From assembly GCA_963675755.2 (NCBI GenBank), contig CAXXMD010000003.1, positions 2,656,001 to 2,720,000 of the forward strand: 64,000 nt of DNA, in the 5' to 3' direction. Below, piece by piece: positions 10,095 through 19,335 of the stretch. Within the stretch, counting starts at the first letter, position 1; every line of letters starts with the position of its first letter. The notes below the pieces were generated by a model. That model was not told the DNA's origin, ran no database searches, and saw only the letters and a list, made by a program, of their open reading frames with translations. The stretch is from a bacterium. Its GTDB lineage: Bacteria > Zhuqueibacterota > Zhuqueibacteria > Residuimicrobiales > Krinioviventaceae. The translations under genes were made by a program, and so were the position numbers.

Positions 10095-10816
10095 TGATTG
10101 AAGCAAAACATTCAAAGGTTGCACATGGGATGTTTAATGTTTATTTACAAATGCTTTTTAAATCCCATTTTCATTCATATCATCTCTTAGGCAATACGGC
10201 AGTAGAGTTTAATCAATATCCGGTTTTACTGATTGGTAATCATAGTAGTTGGTGGGATGGATTTTTTGTCTATTATTTGAATCAAACTGTTTTTCGAAAA
10301 CAATTGTATTTGATGATGCTTGAAAACGAGCTTTCCAGGAATTCTTTTTTTTCGCGTGTTGGTGCATATTCAATCAATCAGAATTCAATTTCAGCTATCA
10401 AAGAATCCTTGCTGTATTCAGCAGAAAAAATAAATACTAGCAAAAACAATATGGTATGTATTTTCCCACAGGGGGAATTGCTTCCCTGGCATACGCGGCC
10501 CCTTGGTTTTGATAGAGGCGTTGAATTGGTTTTGAAAAAGATAAATACTCCGATCAACATTTATCTATTGGGTATACGTGTTGAAGACCTGGGTGAGCAG
10601 CGTCCATTTGTCTTTTTTCAATTTGAAAATAAATTGTATCGGAATCCTGAGGCAATAAAAGCTTTTGAACTGGAAAACGAATTAACAAATATTCTTGACA
10701 CTATGCAAAATCGGATAGTGAAAAAAGATTTAGGGAAGCAGATATTCTCTGGTAAACAATCTGTTAACCGCATGATGGAAGTTTTATTAAACCGTGAACA
10801 TCGGAGGCAGCATTGA
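10094..10816 (+). CDS. Lysophospholipid-acyltransferase-family protein, putative carotenoid glycoside acyltransferase (CruD-like)
   Basis: NHSSWWD and IFPQG acyltransferase motifs; position in the crt cluster. Confidence 0.75.
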   Translation: MIEAKHSKVAHGMFNVYLQMLFKSHFHSYHLLGNTAVEFNQYPVLLIGNHSSWWDGFFVYYLNQTVFRKQLYLMMLENELSRNSFFSRVGAYSINQNSISAIKESLLYSAEKINTSKNNMVCIFPQGELLPWHTRPLGFDRGVELVLKKINTPINIYLLGIRVEDLGEQRPFVFFQFENKLYRNPEAIKAFELENELTNILDTMQNRIVKKDLGKQIFSGKQSVNRMMEVLLNREHRRQH

Positions 10817-11919
10817 TCTATCTGTTGATTTTGGTTCATGTGTTATTATTCATAATATTTATGATTTCTCTGTTTAATGTGATTACTGCTCCATTGTTGT
10901 CAAATTATCCTAAAATAAATACTTTTCCAAAAATTTCTGTGCTAGTACCCGTACGTAATGAACAGGATACAATTGGAAAATGTTTACAGGGTCTGCTTGC
11001 GCAGGATTGTCCCGATTATGAGATTATTGTGCTTGATGATAATTCCACAGACCGGTCACGAGATATTATTGTTGATATGCAAAAAAACTCGTCCATTCGA
11101 TTGGTGGATGGTGAGCCTGTTAAGCCCGGTTGGACGGGAAAAAATTATGCCTGCCATCAACTTTTAAAAGCTGCCACAGGAGAGATTGTTATATTTACTG
11201 ATGCCGATAATTTCCATGATACCCATGCATTAAAAGCAACGGTTGCGTGGATGCAAAAATATGATCTGGGATTGCTTTCTGCCTTTCCGCAGCAAGTTAC
11301 CAGCTCACTTGCTGAAAAACTAGTCGTTCCGGTTGTGGACATGTGGGTATATAGTATGCTGCCATTGTGGTTAACCCGTTTCAGTAAACGGCCATCCCTT
11401 GCTGCTGCAAATGGGCAATGGTTAGCATTTACTCGTAAAGCTTATGAAAAAACAGGTGGTCATGCTGCAGTAAAAAATGAAATAGTTGAAGACACACATA
11501 TGGCACGTATTGCGAAACAAAAAGAGGTACATATTTTAACACTTGCCGGGCGGGATGTTGTTTTTGGTAAAATGTATAATAGCTGGAGCCAGGTATATAA
11601 TGGATTTTCCAAAAACCTTTTTGGAATAGCTGGTTATAATGCTAAAGGATTTTCACTTTTTTTATTGCTCTTGCTGGTGTCTTTTGTTCTACCCTTTGTG
11701 CTCGTATGGATATGGCCCTTTTTATGGTTGTACCCGTTACTGATTAATTTCGGAATCCGTATAATGATCGCTCTGAAATATAAACATCCTGTTTTTGAAT
11801 CTGTTATAATGCATCCGGTTGGGATATTTTTATTTATTGTTATAGGGATAAATTCCATGATTCGATACTATAAAGGTGCTATTGAATGGAAAGGACGTAA
11901 TATTGTTTTTGAAAAATGA
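10813..11919 (+). CDS. GT2 carotenoid glycosyltransferase (CruC/CrtQ-like)
   Basis: VPVRNE, DDNSTD, GWTGKNYAC, FTDAD, ANGQ, IVED; terminal TM helices. Confidence 0.8.
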   Translation: MIYLLILVHVLLFIIFMISLFNVITAPLLSNYPKINTFPKISVLVPVRNEQDTIGKCLQGLLAQDCPDYEIIVLDDNSTDRSRDIIVDMQKNSSIRLVDGEPVKPGWTGKNYACHQLLKAATGEIVIFTDADNFHDTHALKATVAWMQKYDLGLLSAFPQQVTSSLAEKLVVPVVDMWVYSMLPLWLTRFSKRPSLAAANGQWLAFTRKAYEKTGGHAAVKNEIVEDTHMARIAKQKEVHILTLAGRDVVFGKMYNSWSQVYNGFSKNLFGIAGYNAKGFSLFLLLLLVSFVLPFVLVWIWPFLWLYPLLINFGIRIMIALKYKHPVFESVIMHPVGIFLFIVIGINSMIRYYKGAIEWKGRNIVFEK

Positions 11920-12553
11920 ACGAATTCAGATTTTTTTATTGTACCTGATATTTGCAGCAGGTGGTCTCTGGCATGTATTGGGAATATTTCAACTGATAAT
12001 GAAGTGGATGGCGGCACCATTATTGATATTTGTTTCTCTTTTAATATTCATTGGTATTTACAGGATGAATCCTGAAAAACGTAGAACATTCATTTCATGG
12101 TGGATACTGGTTTTTATTTTTTCGATAATTGTTGAAGCTGTTGGAGTGGAAACCGGCTTGATATTCGGGCAGTATCAATATGGTGATGTTTTGTATCCTA
12201 AAATATTGGGAGTACCTCTGGCAATTGGTTTTGCATGGACATTGATTTTACTTTCTTCACTTGCGGTTGTTAGAGCAATGAATATCAAGGATTCACATGT
12301 TATGTTGTTTGTTATACCCCTGTTTATGGTTTTGTTTGATTTATTTATGGAACCTGCTGCTACGGTTTTGGATTATTGGACGTGGAAAGGGAATTCAATT
12401 CCTGTTTTGAATTATATTGCCTGGTATTTTATAAGTTTGGTGTTTGTTTATGGGGGGACGTTTTTAGGATTGTTCAGGTTAAAGCTACCTGTTTTTGTTA
12501 AACATGTCTATTGGAGTCAATTAATATACTTTATAATTGTTCGGGTGGGATAA
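11909..12553 (+). CDS. Carotenoid 1',2'-hydratase family membrane protein (CruF-like)
   Basis: EAVGVETG.IFG.Y.YG, GVPL.IG.AW, DLFMEP, YW.W, NY.AW; start uncertain (11876 or TTG 11909). Confidence 0.8.
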   Translation: MKNERIQIFLLYLIFAAGGLWHVLGIFQLIMKWMAAPLLIFVSLLIFIGIYRMNPEKRRTFISWWILVFIFSIIVEAVGVETGLIFGQYQYGDVLYPKILGVPLAIGFAWTLILLSSLAVVRAMNIKDSHVMLFVIPLFMVLFDLFMEPAATVLDYWTWKGNSIPVLNYIAWYFISLVFVYGGTFLGLFRLKLPVFVKHVYWSQLIYFIIVRVG

Positions 12554-12558
12554 GAAAT

Positions 12559-15399
12559 TTAATCTTGTTTTTTCCTTGCCAATAAGGATTGTATAGTTTG
12601 ATATAATTTATTTGACGTATAAGGTTTTTGGAGAAATACCGAGTCAGTTTGTTGTATGAATTTATAATATTCATCATTACAATGATAACCACTCGATATA
12701 ATGATTGGTAAATCCGGCTTTATTGTTAGCAATTCTTTGGCACAATCGATCCCTTCCATATCGGGTAATGATATATCAAGAATTGCCAAATGTAAAATGG
12801 ATTTATGTTGTTTCAGTAATTCAATACCCTGCTTTGCGGTTTCTCCGCTAAAGGTATCAAAACCAAAATGTTTAAGCGTAATACTGTTTACTTCAATAAT
12901 TCCGGGATCATCATCAATCAATAGGATCTTTTGTCGGGTTACCAGTTCATTTTCATTTCCGTCTTTGTTTCTTTCAATTACAGGGAAATAGAGAGATACA
13001 ATTGTACCCTGATTGTCCAGTGTTTTTATGGTTATAAATCCATTATGGTTCTTCATAATACCATAAACCGATGCTAACCCCATACCTTTACCAAAGTCTT
13101 CCGGATTGGTAGAAACAAACGGTTCAAATAACTGATCGCGAATTGAGAGGGGAATTCCACGACCGGTATCAATAATCTCCAGTACAATAAATACTCTGCC
13201 AAAAGAGTTGGGTATGTTCAGATCCTGATTGGATTGAACATGGTGCTGCCTGGTGTGAATAATGATCTTGCCGCCATTTGAATATGATTTTGCGGCATTC
13301 TGTAAAAGCGTTTTTAATATATGTTTTAATTGTTTGTTGTTGACCTGTATCTTGCCAATATTTTCACGCAAATTCAACTCTATGGTCATGTTCTCGTGGA
13401 CCATGTTATTCAGGGTTTTATCCCATGATTTTATTTTTTTGTTCAGATCAATCTGGTCCATGTAGGGTTTTTCAAGATTGCTGAAATAATAGAGCTCTTG
13501 TTTTAATACAGACGTCTTTTTTGCCAGCTTTTTTATATTAACAATATTGGATCGTGTTTCATCATTAATATCTTTATCTAAAAGAATGGACGAGGTATTG
13601 TGATACAATTCACTCGATATAAAATCAAAGTTTTTTGCAATAGACGTAAAATAGTGCTGCAGCAGTTCAAGTTTTTCAGTTTTGTTGAGGGTGTTTTTTG
13701 ACAACTTTTCTGCTTTTTCCGGAGCTTTTGAAATGTCCAATTGCAGCAGTGTTTTCTCAGGTGTTGTCAGTTTTTTTACATGTAATTGAATGATCTGACC
13801 ATCAAGAATATCCTGATTGCACTGGGCTATGATTGTTTGTGTTATACCATTTGAGATGTTTCTACTTTGGTTTAATAATTTATCAATATCCTCAGTCAAG
13901 ACTAGAGACAGATTTTCATTTAAAAGCTCTTGTTTTTCTGTTTTTAGAAATTGGCAGGCATTGTCGGTAATATACAGGATTTTTCCACTTAATGAAGTAA
14001 CAATTGCCGTTTGGTTAGAAAGCAATTGTCTGGAGATATCGTTTGTTTCAGATTCAGTTGTATTCTCCTGATCTGACATATTTAAAAGAGTAAGTAGTAA
14101 ATATGGATTGTTATTGATAAAGCTTTTTCGGATTGCAAGCTGCATTGATATTGTTGAACCGGTTGGTAGTAAAAAAGTGAAAAAATGATCAGGTTTTGTT
14201 TCTTTTAGCTCTTTTAATTTAATTTCGTTCCAAAGGGATTGCGAGTTTTCATCCAATAGGATTTTAAAGTCCTGCCCAATCATTTCCGCATTGGTTTGAT
14301 TAAATATGTTTTCTATTTCAGGGTTCCAAATACAAATTTTATCCTGTTCGTCGAGCACAATTACCGGATATGGCATTGCCTTGACAAATTCTGAATAGGG
14401 GGGCTCTAGCTCTGCTGTTGAATTAGAATTGGATTCTGGCAGGCTGTTGTTTTTATCTGGTTCCTGGACTATATCTGCAAAATTTATTTTATGTTTGGGT
14501 AGGGTATCCTGACTGATTTTGTTGAAATGGAAATGATACTCATAACCTAAAACAGAATCATTAATCAACTGGGGAAGAACCCTGATTTTTGTATCTGTAA
14601 ATGTATAGCCATTTTCTTTTAATGATGAAATCTGCCATTCCTGTTTTTTGTTTTTAATTTTAAACAATGCATTTTTATCATTTGATATGGAATCAAGGTG
14701 TGATATCAGGTTTTGCCCAATCAGGGTGGAAGAGTTTTGATATCCCAGTTTTTTCAATACCGATGGTGTTGCATCAATAACTATGTGTTCAGCGGTAGTA
14801 AATATAATATAATTGTCCGAATCAGTATCAAGATCCTCTTTGGGTTCCTCAGGCATTTCAGGTGGAATGTATTCGCTGGTTTCCTCTTTGGTGTTTTGAA
14901 ACACCTTGTAGCGCTGCCAACCGGATTCTGTAAAGTGATCCAGATCTTTTTTAATATTGTCAATAGGTTCTATTAATTCGTTGACCGGCAGGTTTTGAAA
15001 GCTAATTTCAGGTTCCGGGTTGTTGGTTTCTGTTAAAGCGAATTGATCAGGATCTGCTTTCAGGATTCCTACAATCATTAAGGGATTGTTGTCGCAATCT
15101 ATATTAAAATAGACACAGTCAAAATTTTCCTTTTCCATTTTTATATAGACTGTTTTGCCATCGGATAGTAACGAACGCGTATGTAATTGCGAGAGGGGGA
15201 TTGATAGCGACTCGTTTAAACGGGTATACAGGTCAGGATTACAATTGGGAGCAAACGCAATAGCCTCCGGTTTGTATTCTGCATTATAAATACCTACAGA
15301 TAGCTGGTATTTTTTTGCAAAAGAATTCAGTAATTCTACAAGAATTTCCTGATCAATAATCTGGTTCAACTTGACAATTGTATCAATCAAATTTCGCAA
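12559..15399 (-). CDS. Cytoplasmic hybrid sensor kinase-like protein (PocR-like, PAS x3, HATPase, REC) with degenerate H-box
   Basis: G1 DTGRG, F-box FEPF, G2 GKGMGL and receiver Asp/Lys present; H-box reads IAKNFD instead of AHDFNN. Confidence 0.8.
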   Translation of the reverse strand: MRNLIDTIVKLNQIIDQEILVELLNSFAKKYQLSVGIYNAEYKPEAIAFAPNCNPDLYTRLNESLSIPLSQLHTRSLLSDGKTVYIKMEKENFDCVYFNIDCDNNPLMIVGILKADPDQFALTETNNPEPEISFQNLPVNELIEPIDNIKKDLDHFTESGWQRYKVFQNTKEETSEYIPPEMPEEPKEDLDTDSDNYIIFTTAEHIVIDATPSVLKKLGYQNSSTLIGQNLISHLDSISNDKNALFKIKNKKQEWQISSLKENGYTFTDTKIRVLPQLINDSVLGYEYHFHFNKISQDTLPKHKINFADIVQEPDKNNSLPESNSNSTAELEPPYSEFVKAMPYPVIVLDEQDKICIWNPEIENIFNQTNAEMIGQDFKILLDENSQSLWNEIKLKELKETKPDHFFTFLLPTGSTISMQLAIRKSFINNNPYLLLTLLNMSDQENTTESETNDISRQLLSNQTAIVTSLSGKILYITDNACQFLKTEKQELLNENLSLVLTEDIDKLLNQSRNISNGITQTIIAQCNQDILDGQIIQLHVKKLTTPEKTLLQLDISKAPEKAEKLSKNTLNKTEKLELLQHYFTSIAKNFDFISSELYHNTSSILLDKDINDETRSNIVNIKKLAKKTSVLKQELYYFSNLEKPYMDQIDLNKKIKSWDKTLNNMVHENMTIELNLRENIGKIQVNNKQLKHILKTLLQNAAKSYSNGGKIIIHTRQHHVQSNQDLNIPNSFGRVFIVLEIIDTGRGIPLSIRDQLFEPFVSTNPEDFGKGMGLASVYGIMKNHNGFITIKTLDNQGTIVSLYFPVIERNKDGNENELVTRQKILLIDDDPGIIEVNSITLKHFGFDTFSGETAKQGIELLKQHKSILHLAILDISLPDMEGIDCAKELLTIKPDLPIIISSGYHCNDEYYKFIQQTDSVFLQKPYTSNKLYQTIQSLLARKKQD

Positions 15400-15607
15400 T
15401 CCTGATGTATTAAACCTGCCTCAATACTATTAATCAAAGTCTTGGTTGCAAAATTTATACCGATAGTCAATTATATCTTGAATGGATGGTGTTTGTAGGT
15501 TGTGTGAAAACAATATATTGTGGTTGATGGAAGAAAAAAGATTTTTTTCTCATTCAACCACAATATATTTATCAGGAACTTTTACCCTGTTTGGGAAATA
15601 TTACCCG

Positions 15608-17011
15608 TTATTCAATAATAAAGTCTATTACTTTGATAATGGATTGCTGGCAAACAGGACAAAAATCAATAACTCTTTTAGAGAACATTCTACAGTCGGT
15701 TGTTGGTCTGTAAATGCCTGTAGATGAATACCCTGCACCCTCAAAACAACCAATTTTGTTTTTCCATTTTGATTCATCCATTACTTTACGCATTTTTACT
15801 TCTGTCGCTATATAATCGGGAGTATCTCTGACATGTGATCGTAAAATAGTGCCAAGTGAATCATAGGTGCTTTTTTCCCAGGGTGTTGGAATTTCTATTC
15901 CGGGGGTTAGCATGGATTCCCATTTCGGATGTTCAGGATCCAGCAGACAGGTTATATTGGGCTCCCAGGGATCTACACCCGGGGGATAAAATTCATCATA
16001 GGATGTGTTCGATGTATAGTATTCGTCTGCTAATCCGCCAAAGGCATGGCCAAACTCATGTACAAAAACATAATCTGACCACCATTCCACTTTATCCGGT
16101 TGTTGACCGGTAAAGCTGGTGGAAAACCAGTTATAAATACCACCACCACCATAACGATTTGAATTTACAAGAATGTAAATTTGATCATAGGGGACCATGC
16201 CGGCAATATCGCGCAGTGATTTATTGTCGGTAGTTAAAATATATCGAGGGGAATCCAATGAATTAAAATGTGTATTTAATACAGTATTTCGCCAAATATC
16301 TTTACGGGGTTCGTCAATACCGGAATCCTGAGATTCTACATCAATTGTCCAAATGTTAAAATCATTTTTTCGGCTGTCAAAGGGCTTTGTGGTAAACAAG
16401 TCTTTGGTATATCGTTCAACATCTTGCTGAAATTTGGATATTTCATCATGTGTATAGCCATCGCCCAATATGACAATATCTACCTTTTTTGCGGATGGCC
16501 CGTTGTTGATAAATTTATTTATCTTGTAGGGAAATTGTTTTTTTTCACGATTTACAAAGCGAGAGTTGGGATCGATTGTTGTGCTGTATTTCTCTTCGAA
16601 TATGTTCCTGCTGTTACGTACGGAAATAGTGATTTGTACCGGTTTTTTGGGAAAGGGGCAACGAACACTCTCATGCATAGTTGCATAGATACCATTCTTT
16701 GCATCCAGCGTGGTTTGATATTCACCGAATATCGTACTGTAACCATAAGAGTAGATCAATTGATTGGTTGCAAGATCATATACCTTGAACAGGTATTTGC
16801 CGTAATTCAGCGTATCAATCAGATTTACTTTGCTTCCTGGCCATTCACCTTCCATAAACATTTCATCAAGACTAAAATATTCGTTTTGAAATGTACCTGT
16901 GTGAAAATAATCAACGCGAAGGGTTTTGTTGATAAAGTATTGATCAAAGTCCGGTTGAGCACTCGTTAAACAGGCACTCATAAAAATGATTAGAAAAACG
17001 GGTCTAAGCAT
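15608..17011 (-). CDS. Peptidase family M64 (IgA peptidase-like) with N-terminal domain
   Basis: Signal peptide; DIVILGDGYT, YGGGG, HEFGHAFGGLADEY, C-terminal CRM..FCPVC. Confidence 0.9.
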   Translation of the reverse strand: MLRPVFLIIFMSACLTSAQPDFDQYFINKTLRVDYFHTGTFQNEYFSLDEMFMEGEWPGSKVNLIDTLNYGKYLFKVYDLATNQLIYSYGYSTIFGEYQTTLDAKNGIYATMHESVRCPFPKKPVQITISVRNSRNIFEEKYSTTIDPNSRFVNREKKQFPYKINKFINNGPSAKKVDIVILGDGYTHDEISKFQQDVERYTKDLFTTKPFDSRKNDFNIWTIDVESQDSGIDEPRKDIWRNTVLNTHFNSLDSPRYILTTDNKSLRDIAGMVPYDQIYILVNSNRYGGGGIYNWFSTSFTGQQPDKVEWWSDYVFVHEFGHAFGGLADEYYTSNTSYDEFYPPGVDPWEPNITCLLDPEHPKWESMLTPGIEIPTPWEKSTYDSLGTILRSHVRDTPDYIATEVKMRKVMDESKWKNKIGCFEGAGYSSTGIYRPTTDCRMFSKRVIDFCPVCQQSIIKVIDFIIE

Positions 17012-17108
17012 ATTACACCTTGTCTTAAATTTTAATATTTTTACATGTTAAATATAGTTAATAGTTATAAAAAGACAATAAAAATTTAAGAAAATTATGG
17101 GTCTAGAG

Positions 17109-19226
17109 TTAAATGCTTACAGTGACAGATTCTTCCAAAACAGTCCTGACTTTTTTTGCAAGATCATGCACTGTAAATGGTTTTTGCAAAAAGAAACAGT
17201 TTTCACTAATCTTGAGGGTGAGATTTTGATTTGAATAACCAGATATATAAAGAATTTGAAGAGTGGGAGTAATCATCCTTGCTTTTGATGCCAGTTCATT
17301 TCCGTTAATAGAAGGCATAATGTAATCTGTTATTAATAAATCCGGTTGTATAGTACCGTGCTTTAGTTCATCAAGTGCTTTTAGGCCATCTGAAAATCCA
17401 TAAACTCGATAGCCAAATGATTTTAATACTTCTATAGTAAAATCAAGTACGTTGGCATCATCCTCTACCATGATAATGGTTTCTTTGCCATAATATTGAG
17501 ATAATGGTTTCTCTTTGCCCAGATTTTCATTTTCTGTTTTTGAAGCAATGGGCCATAATATATGAAAAGATGTACCCTGGCCAATTTCACTATATACATG
17601 AATATTGCCATTGTTTTGGTGGATGATACTGTACACCAATGCAAGCCCCAAGCCGGTTCCGCTTTCTTTTGTAGTATAGAAAGGCTCAAAAATATTTTTC
17701 AGTGTATCTTTATCCATTCCAATGCCATTATCACTAATAGACAATTGTGCGTATGTTCCTGCTTCCAATCCTATATGTTTTTGAATATATTCATCATTTA
17801 ATTTTCTTAAACTGGTTTCAATTGTGATCTGCTTTTTATGGCCTGTTATATTTACCATATTTACCGCATCTCTGGCATTTACTACCAGATTTAATAAAAT
17901 CTGTTCAAGGTTGCCCGGATCAGCTTTGATGCTGGGGATTTTTTTATCAAGCTTGGTAATTATTTTTATATCTTCATCAATGAGCCTGCGGGTCATTTTA
18001 TTCAGATCCAGGATGTTTTTATTGAGGTCTATTATTTTTGAACTGGATGTTTGCTTTTTACTAAAGGACAAGAGTTGCCGTGTGAGAAAGATTGCTTTTT
18101 CTCCGGCATGAAAAATAGATTTCAGGTCGTTGGAGGCTGGGTGATTATCATCAAGCTTTTCAAGGGCTATTTCGCAATGTCCGTTGATAATTGTTAACAG
18201 GTTGTTAAAATCATGAGCTACACCGCCAGCAAGCGTGCCAATGGATTCCATCTTTTGCGCCTGGAAAAGCTGCTCTTTTAATTTTTTTAACCGAGTGGTA
18301 TCTTTCATGGAACCAATGATTTTTAAAGGTTTATTGTTTTCATCATACACAAGTTTTGCGGCTACGGTTAGATAATAGTTGTTTTCATTTAAGGTTAAAT
18401 TTAATGATTGATTGTTGATATAACCGATTTTTGTAACAATCTCGATAAATTCATTATATGTGCTTTTGTCGTGAAAAAAATGTTGAAAAGATGTATTAAT
18501 AAATGCTTGTTTGTTTTCATGAGTGCCTAGCAATTCATTGGGGCTGATATCGATAATTTTACCATCCAAAGTGATTTCGAAATAAATATCCTGGATGTTT
18601 TCAATAATATTTAAATATTTTTCTTCATTTCTTTTAGCGAGATCCAGCTGTTGAAGCAGGTTGTTTGTGAGTAACCGTGTTGCTATGGCTTGAATGATAT
18701 AAATTAAGGATACAATGACAAAGCACCAATAGGTAGTATAATAACTGAATGCATTATGTACAATGCCGTTTATGTTTGCATAAACAACAAAAAAGATTGA
18801 AAGGACTGTAATACCCATAATTGTAATAAACATAGCATTACCAAGGAGCAAACTTGCTACCAATGTGATTGAAGGATATAAAATTAATGAATAATCATAA
18901 ATTCCTTGTCCATAAGCGACCAGATATACAGTTGTGAAAAGGGTTAATAATGTCGATAAAAGAGTAGAAGCCAGGTTGGTTTTTCCCATCTTGTTTATAA
19001 ACAAAAGAATGGTAGCAATAGCTGTTTGAGATAAAATGATCAAATACAAATATCCCCAATTCGCAAGATACGCTATCAGGGATGTTACTCCCCCCATCAC
19101 AAGGGTAAATGTCAGGATGACAGATAAGAAATTGGATTTAAGCTTTTCTTCTCGGTTCAAAAAGCTTTTGGGGGATAATAAAGAGTATAGTTTTTTCATT
19201 AGCGCTCGCACATTGGTTGAAAGCAT
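17109..19226 (-). CDS. Membrane hybrid histidine kinase (multi-TM, PAS, HisKA, HATPase, REC)
   Basis: QKMESIGTLAGGVAHDFNNLL, NLVVNARDA, DNGIGM, FEPFYTTK..GTGLGL, receiver domain. Confidence 0.92.
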   Translation of the reverse strand: MLSTNVRALMKKLYSLLSPKSFLNREEKLKSNFLSVILTFTLVMGGVTSLIAYLANWGYLYLIILSQTAIATILLFINKMGKTNLASTLLSTLLTLFTTVYLVAYGQGIYDYSLILYPSITLVASLLLGNAMFITIMGITVLSIFFVVYANINGIVHNAFSYYTTYWCFVIVSLIYIIQAIATRLLTNNLLQQLDLAKRNEEKYLNIIENIQDIYFEITLDGKIIDISPNELLGTHENKQAFINTSFQHFFHDKSTYNEFIEIVTKIGYINNQSLNLTLNENNYYLTVAAKLVYDENNKPLKIIGSMKDTTRLKKLKEQLFQAQKMESIGTLAGGVAHDFNNLLTIINGHCEIALEKLDDNHPASNDLKSIFHAGEKAIFLTRQLLSFSKKQTSSSKIIDLNKNILDLNKMTRRLIDEDIKIITKLDKKIPSIKADPGNLEQILLNLVVNARDAVNMVNITGHKKQITIETSLRKLNDEYIQKHIGLEAGTYAQLSISDNGIGMDKDTLKNIFEPFYTTKESGTGLGLALVYSIIHQNNGNIHVYSEIGQGTSFHILWPIASKTENENLGKEKPLSQYYGKETIIMVEDDANVLDFTIEVLKSFGYRVYGFSDGLKALDELKHGTIQPDLLITDYIMPSINGNELASKARMITPTLQILYISGYSNQNLTLKISENCFFLQKPFTVHDLAKKVRTVLEESVTVSI

Positions 19227-19335
19227 TATCGGTTTTTACTCTTGTATATAAAACGTAAGTATAATGTTAATTACATTGAAAATTGTAATTAAAAACTTAA
19301 CAAATATTGTGCCATTTTCGCAAATATATAAATTT

